Positions 14,139 through 15,995 of a DNA stretch of 15,995 nt are shown one piece after another. Positions within the stretch are counted from its first letter, which is position 1. Each line of letters opens with the position of its first letter. Below the pieces are notes generated by a model. It saw only the letters and a list, made by a program, of their open reading frames with translations. It did not search any database and was not told the origin of the DNA. A program made the position numbers and the translations under genes. The DNA comes from Candidatus Iainarchaeum sp. GTDB taxonomy: Archaea; Iainarchaeota; Iainarchaeia; Iainarchaeales; CSSED10-239. The DNA lies in assembly GCA_028700905.1 (NCBI GenBank), contig JAQVRT010000010.1, positions 1 through 15,995 on the forward strand, given 5' to 3'.

Positions 14139-14255
14139 TTATTTTCTAAAAGCTTTTTTAACATTTTCTTTAAATCTTTTTAAAGCTTCTTCATTTGATT
14201 TTGGTAAATTTTTTGGTTTTTTTTGTTTTATTAATAATTTTTTTGGTCCTGGCAT
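14139..14255 (-). CDS. Candidate small basic protein (38 aa), not in the ORF track
   Basis: Minus-strand ATG at 14255-14253 and stop at 14141-14139 encode MPGPKKLLIKQKKPKNLPKSNEEALKRFKENVKKAFRK. AGGAG (reverse complement of 14267-14271) lies 11 nt upstream, directly after the stop of the 14272-14664 gene. The ORF ends 6 nt from the convergent ftsY stop. Confidence 0.3.
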   Translation of the reverse strand: MPGPKKLLIKQKKPKNLPKSNEEALKRFKENVKKAFRK

Positions 14256-14271
14256 ATTTTTTCTTTCTCCT

Positions 14272-14664
14272 TTATTTTCTTTTTTTCTTTTCTGTTAAAT
14301 ATGTTTTTTTAACACTTTCAAGTTGTTTTTCTAAAATATTTAAAAAAAGCTCTTTTTGTTTTGGGTCTATTGTTTTATCAAGATTTATTTTTCTAATATT
14401 TTCTTTAATTTTTGAATATCTTTCTTTACTAATTTCTAAAATATTTTTTTTAACTATTAAAGATTTTTTTGCAGCTTCTTTATTAATTTTAGTTTCAACA
14501 GCTTTTTTACTCACACCTGTTTTTGAAGCAATTAATTTTAAGGCTTTATTTCTCTTTTCAGCATTTTCTTTTTCAGAAATAAATCTATTTTGAGTTGGGC
14601 TTGTTGTTTTTGTAATCTCTCTTCTTGTACTTTTTATATTTCTTTTATTCTTAATTATAGGCAT
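14272..14664 (-). CDS. Lys-rich hypothetical protein (130 aa)
   Basis: AAGGAG (reverse complement of 14674-14679) lies 9 nt upstream of the ATG. The sense strand is A-rich like all other genes here. The overlapping plus-strand ORF 14195-14593 is the Phe/Leu-rich mirror image. No family recognised. Confidence 0.6.
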   Translation of the reverse strand: MPIIKNKRNIKSTRREITKTTSPTQNRFISEKENAEKRNKALKLIASKTGVSKKAVETKINKEAAKKSLIVKKNILEISKERYSKIKENIRKINLDKTIDPKQKELFLNILEKQLESVKKTYLTEKKKRK

Positions 14665-14799
14665 ATCTTCTTACTCCTTAAATTATTAACTAATTAACTA
14701 TTATTTATAAATATATTACTTTTAAATCAATTTATATTTATATCTTTTGATATATTATATATAATATATACTTAAAAAATCACACAAATGTTTTAAAAT

Positions 14800-15995
14800 A
14801 TGGGCTTTGGAGAAAAATTAAAAAGTGCAATTGATAAAATTAAAAATTCAATGCATGTTGATAAAGACTTAATTAAAGAAGTTATTAAAGATATTCAAAG
14901 AGCATTAATCTCTTCAGATGTAAATGTACAACTAGTTTTAAAAATTTCAAAAGAAATAGAAACTGAAGCTTTTGAAAAAATTCCTGAAGGGCTTTCAAGA
15001 AAAGAACATTTAGTTAAAACTTGTTATGATGTTATTTTAAAATATATTGGTGGAAGAGAACAAAAAAAGCTTCCTGAAAATCCAGAAACAATTCTTCTTT
15101 GTGGTCTTTTTGGTTCTGGAAAAACAACAACTACTGCAAAACTTGCAAAATTCTATAAAAAAAGAGGTTTTAAAGTTGGAGTTATTGCTGCAGATGTTTA
15201 CAGACCAGCAGCTTATGAACAACTTGAACAATTATCAAAGCAAGTAGATTGTTTATTTTATGGTGAAAAAGAAAATAAAGTTGCAGGAGAAGTTGTTAAA
15301 AATGGTCTCTCTGTTTTAAAGAAAAAAGGAGCTAATCTTGTAATTGTTGATTCTGCTGGTAGATCTGCTTTAGACCAAGAGCTTACCAAAGAGCTTAAAG
15401 AAATACACTTACAATTAAATCCTAAATTTTCTTTTTTAGTTCTTTCAGCAGATATTGGACAGGCTGCAAAAGATCAAGCTGAAAACTTTAATCAAGCAGT
15501 TGGAGTTAATGGTGTAATAATAACTAAGCTTGATGGTTCTGCAAAAGGTGGTGGAGCTTTAACTGCTTGTTATATTACAGATTCTCCAATATATTTTATT
15601 GGTACTGGAGAAAAAGTTGATGACTTAGAAATTTTTGATGCAAATAGATATCTTTCAAGAATCTTAGGTTTTGGAGATTTAGAAGGTCTTTTAGAAAAAG
15701 TTAAAGAACTTCAAGAAACTGAAGATTTACAAGATATTAATCCAGATGATATTTTAAAAGGAGATTTTTCATTTTATCTTTTTAAAAAACAAATTTCAGC
15801 TGCTAAAAAATTAGGTCCTTTTAATAAGATTATTAGTATGCTTGGTATTGGTGGTAATATTTCAAAAGATCAAATGAATTTAGGTCAAGAAAAAATGAAA
15901 AAATATAAAGTAATGCTTGATTCTTTTACAAAAAAAGAACTTTATTTTGAACCTCAAGAAATTAATAAAAGCAGAATTAAAAGAATTTCAAATGG
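14800..15995 (+). CDS. srp54: Signal recognition particle protein SRP54, 3'-truncated by the window end
   Basis: I translated this by hand from ATG 14800; the frame stays open to the window end, which is why it is missing from the ORF track. N domain MGFGEKLKSAIDKIK...; G domain GLFGSGKTTTTAKLA, ADVYRPAAYEQL, DSAGR, TKLDGSAKGG; then LGFGDLEGLLEK and the start of the M domain. Confidence 0.92.
   Translation, partial: MGFGEKLKSAIDKIKNSMHVDKDLIKEVIKDIQRALISSDVNVQLVLKISKEIETEAFEKIPEGLSRKEHLVKTCYDVILKYIGGREQKKLPENPETILLCGLFGSGKTTTTAKLAKFYKKRGFKVGVIAADVYRPAAYEQLEQLSKQVDCLFYGEKENKVAGEVVKNGLSVLKKKGANLVIVDSAGRSALDQELTKELKEIHLQLNPKFSFLVLSADIGQAAKDQAENFNQAVGVNGVIITKLDGSAKGGGALTACYITDSPIYFIGTGEKVDDLEIFDANRYLSRILGFGDLEGLLEKVKELQETEDLQDINPDDILKGDFSFYLFKKQISAAKKLGPFNKIISMLGIGGNISKDQMNLGQEKMKKYKVMLDSFTKKELYFEPQEINKSRIKRISN

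Noticed and set aside
14195-14593. A 132-aa plus-strand ORF that looks like a very hydrophobic membrane protein (and the related 14116-14298 ORF).
   Set aside because: It is Phe/Leu/Ser-rich because it is the antisense reading of a Lys/Glu-rich (AAA/GAA) minus-strand gene. The minus-strand ORF has a strong AAGGAG SD and the A-rich sense-strand bias shared by all confident genes. The plus-strand ORF has no SD.

Overview
This is a very AT-rich (roughly 25-30% GC by eye), gene-dense archaeal chromosomal segment. Every gene I can recognise is an archaeal/eukaryal-type housekeeping or information-processing gene. They are Kae1, family-I inorganic pyrophosphatase, Pth2, Hjc resolvase, a DUF167 protein, archaeal DnaG, RNase P protein Rpp21, and the conserved block eS19-eL39-eL31-aIF6-prefoldin alpha-FtsY. 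A 3'-truncated SRP54 is open to the window end and so is absent from the ORF track. There are also two intron-less tRNAs, Val-UAC and Gly-GCC. The composition, tiny spacers, Lys-rich proteins, low-complexity expansions and missing accessory genes suggest a small-genome DPANN-like archaeon; this is inference only. I see no CRISPR array, transposase/integrase, rRNA or recognisable defence system, and I cannot point to a clear-cut new system. The items most worth a second look are: (1) an orphan gene followed by a translationally coupled pth2-GNAT pair; (2) a GC-enriched, two-hairpin element between tRNA-Gly and rpp21; (3) a Lys-rich gene plus mini-ORF on the opposite strand between ftsY and srp54; (4) long Lys/Glu-rich tails on eL39, eL31 and eS19; (5) a ~220-aa low-complexity insert in DnaG and a 36-nt tandem repeat in the FtsY A-domain; (6) a secreted, C-terminally anchored transglutaminase-like protein; (7) three 38-46 codon ORFs that almost exactly fill intergenic gaps. 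All functional calls rest on motifs read by eye, with no database search.
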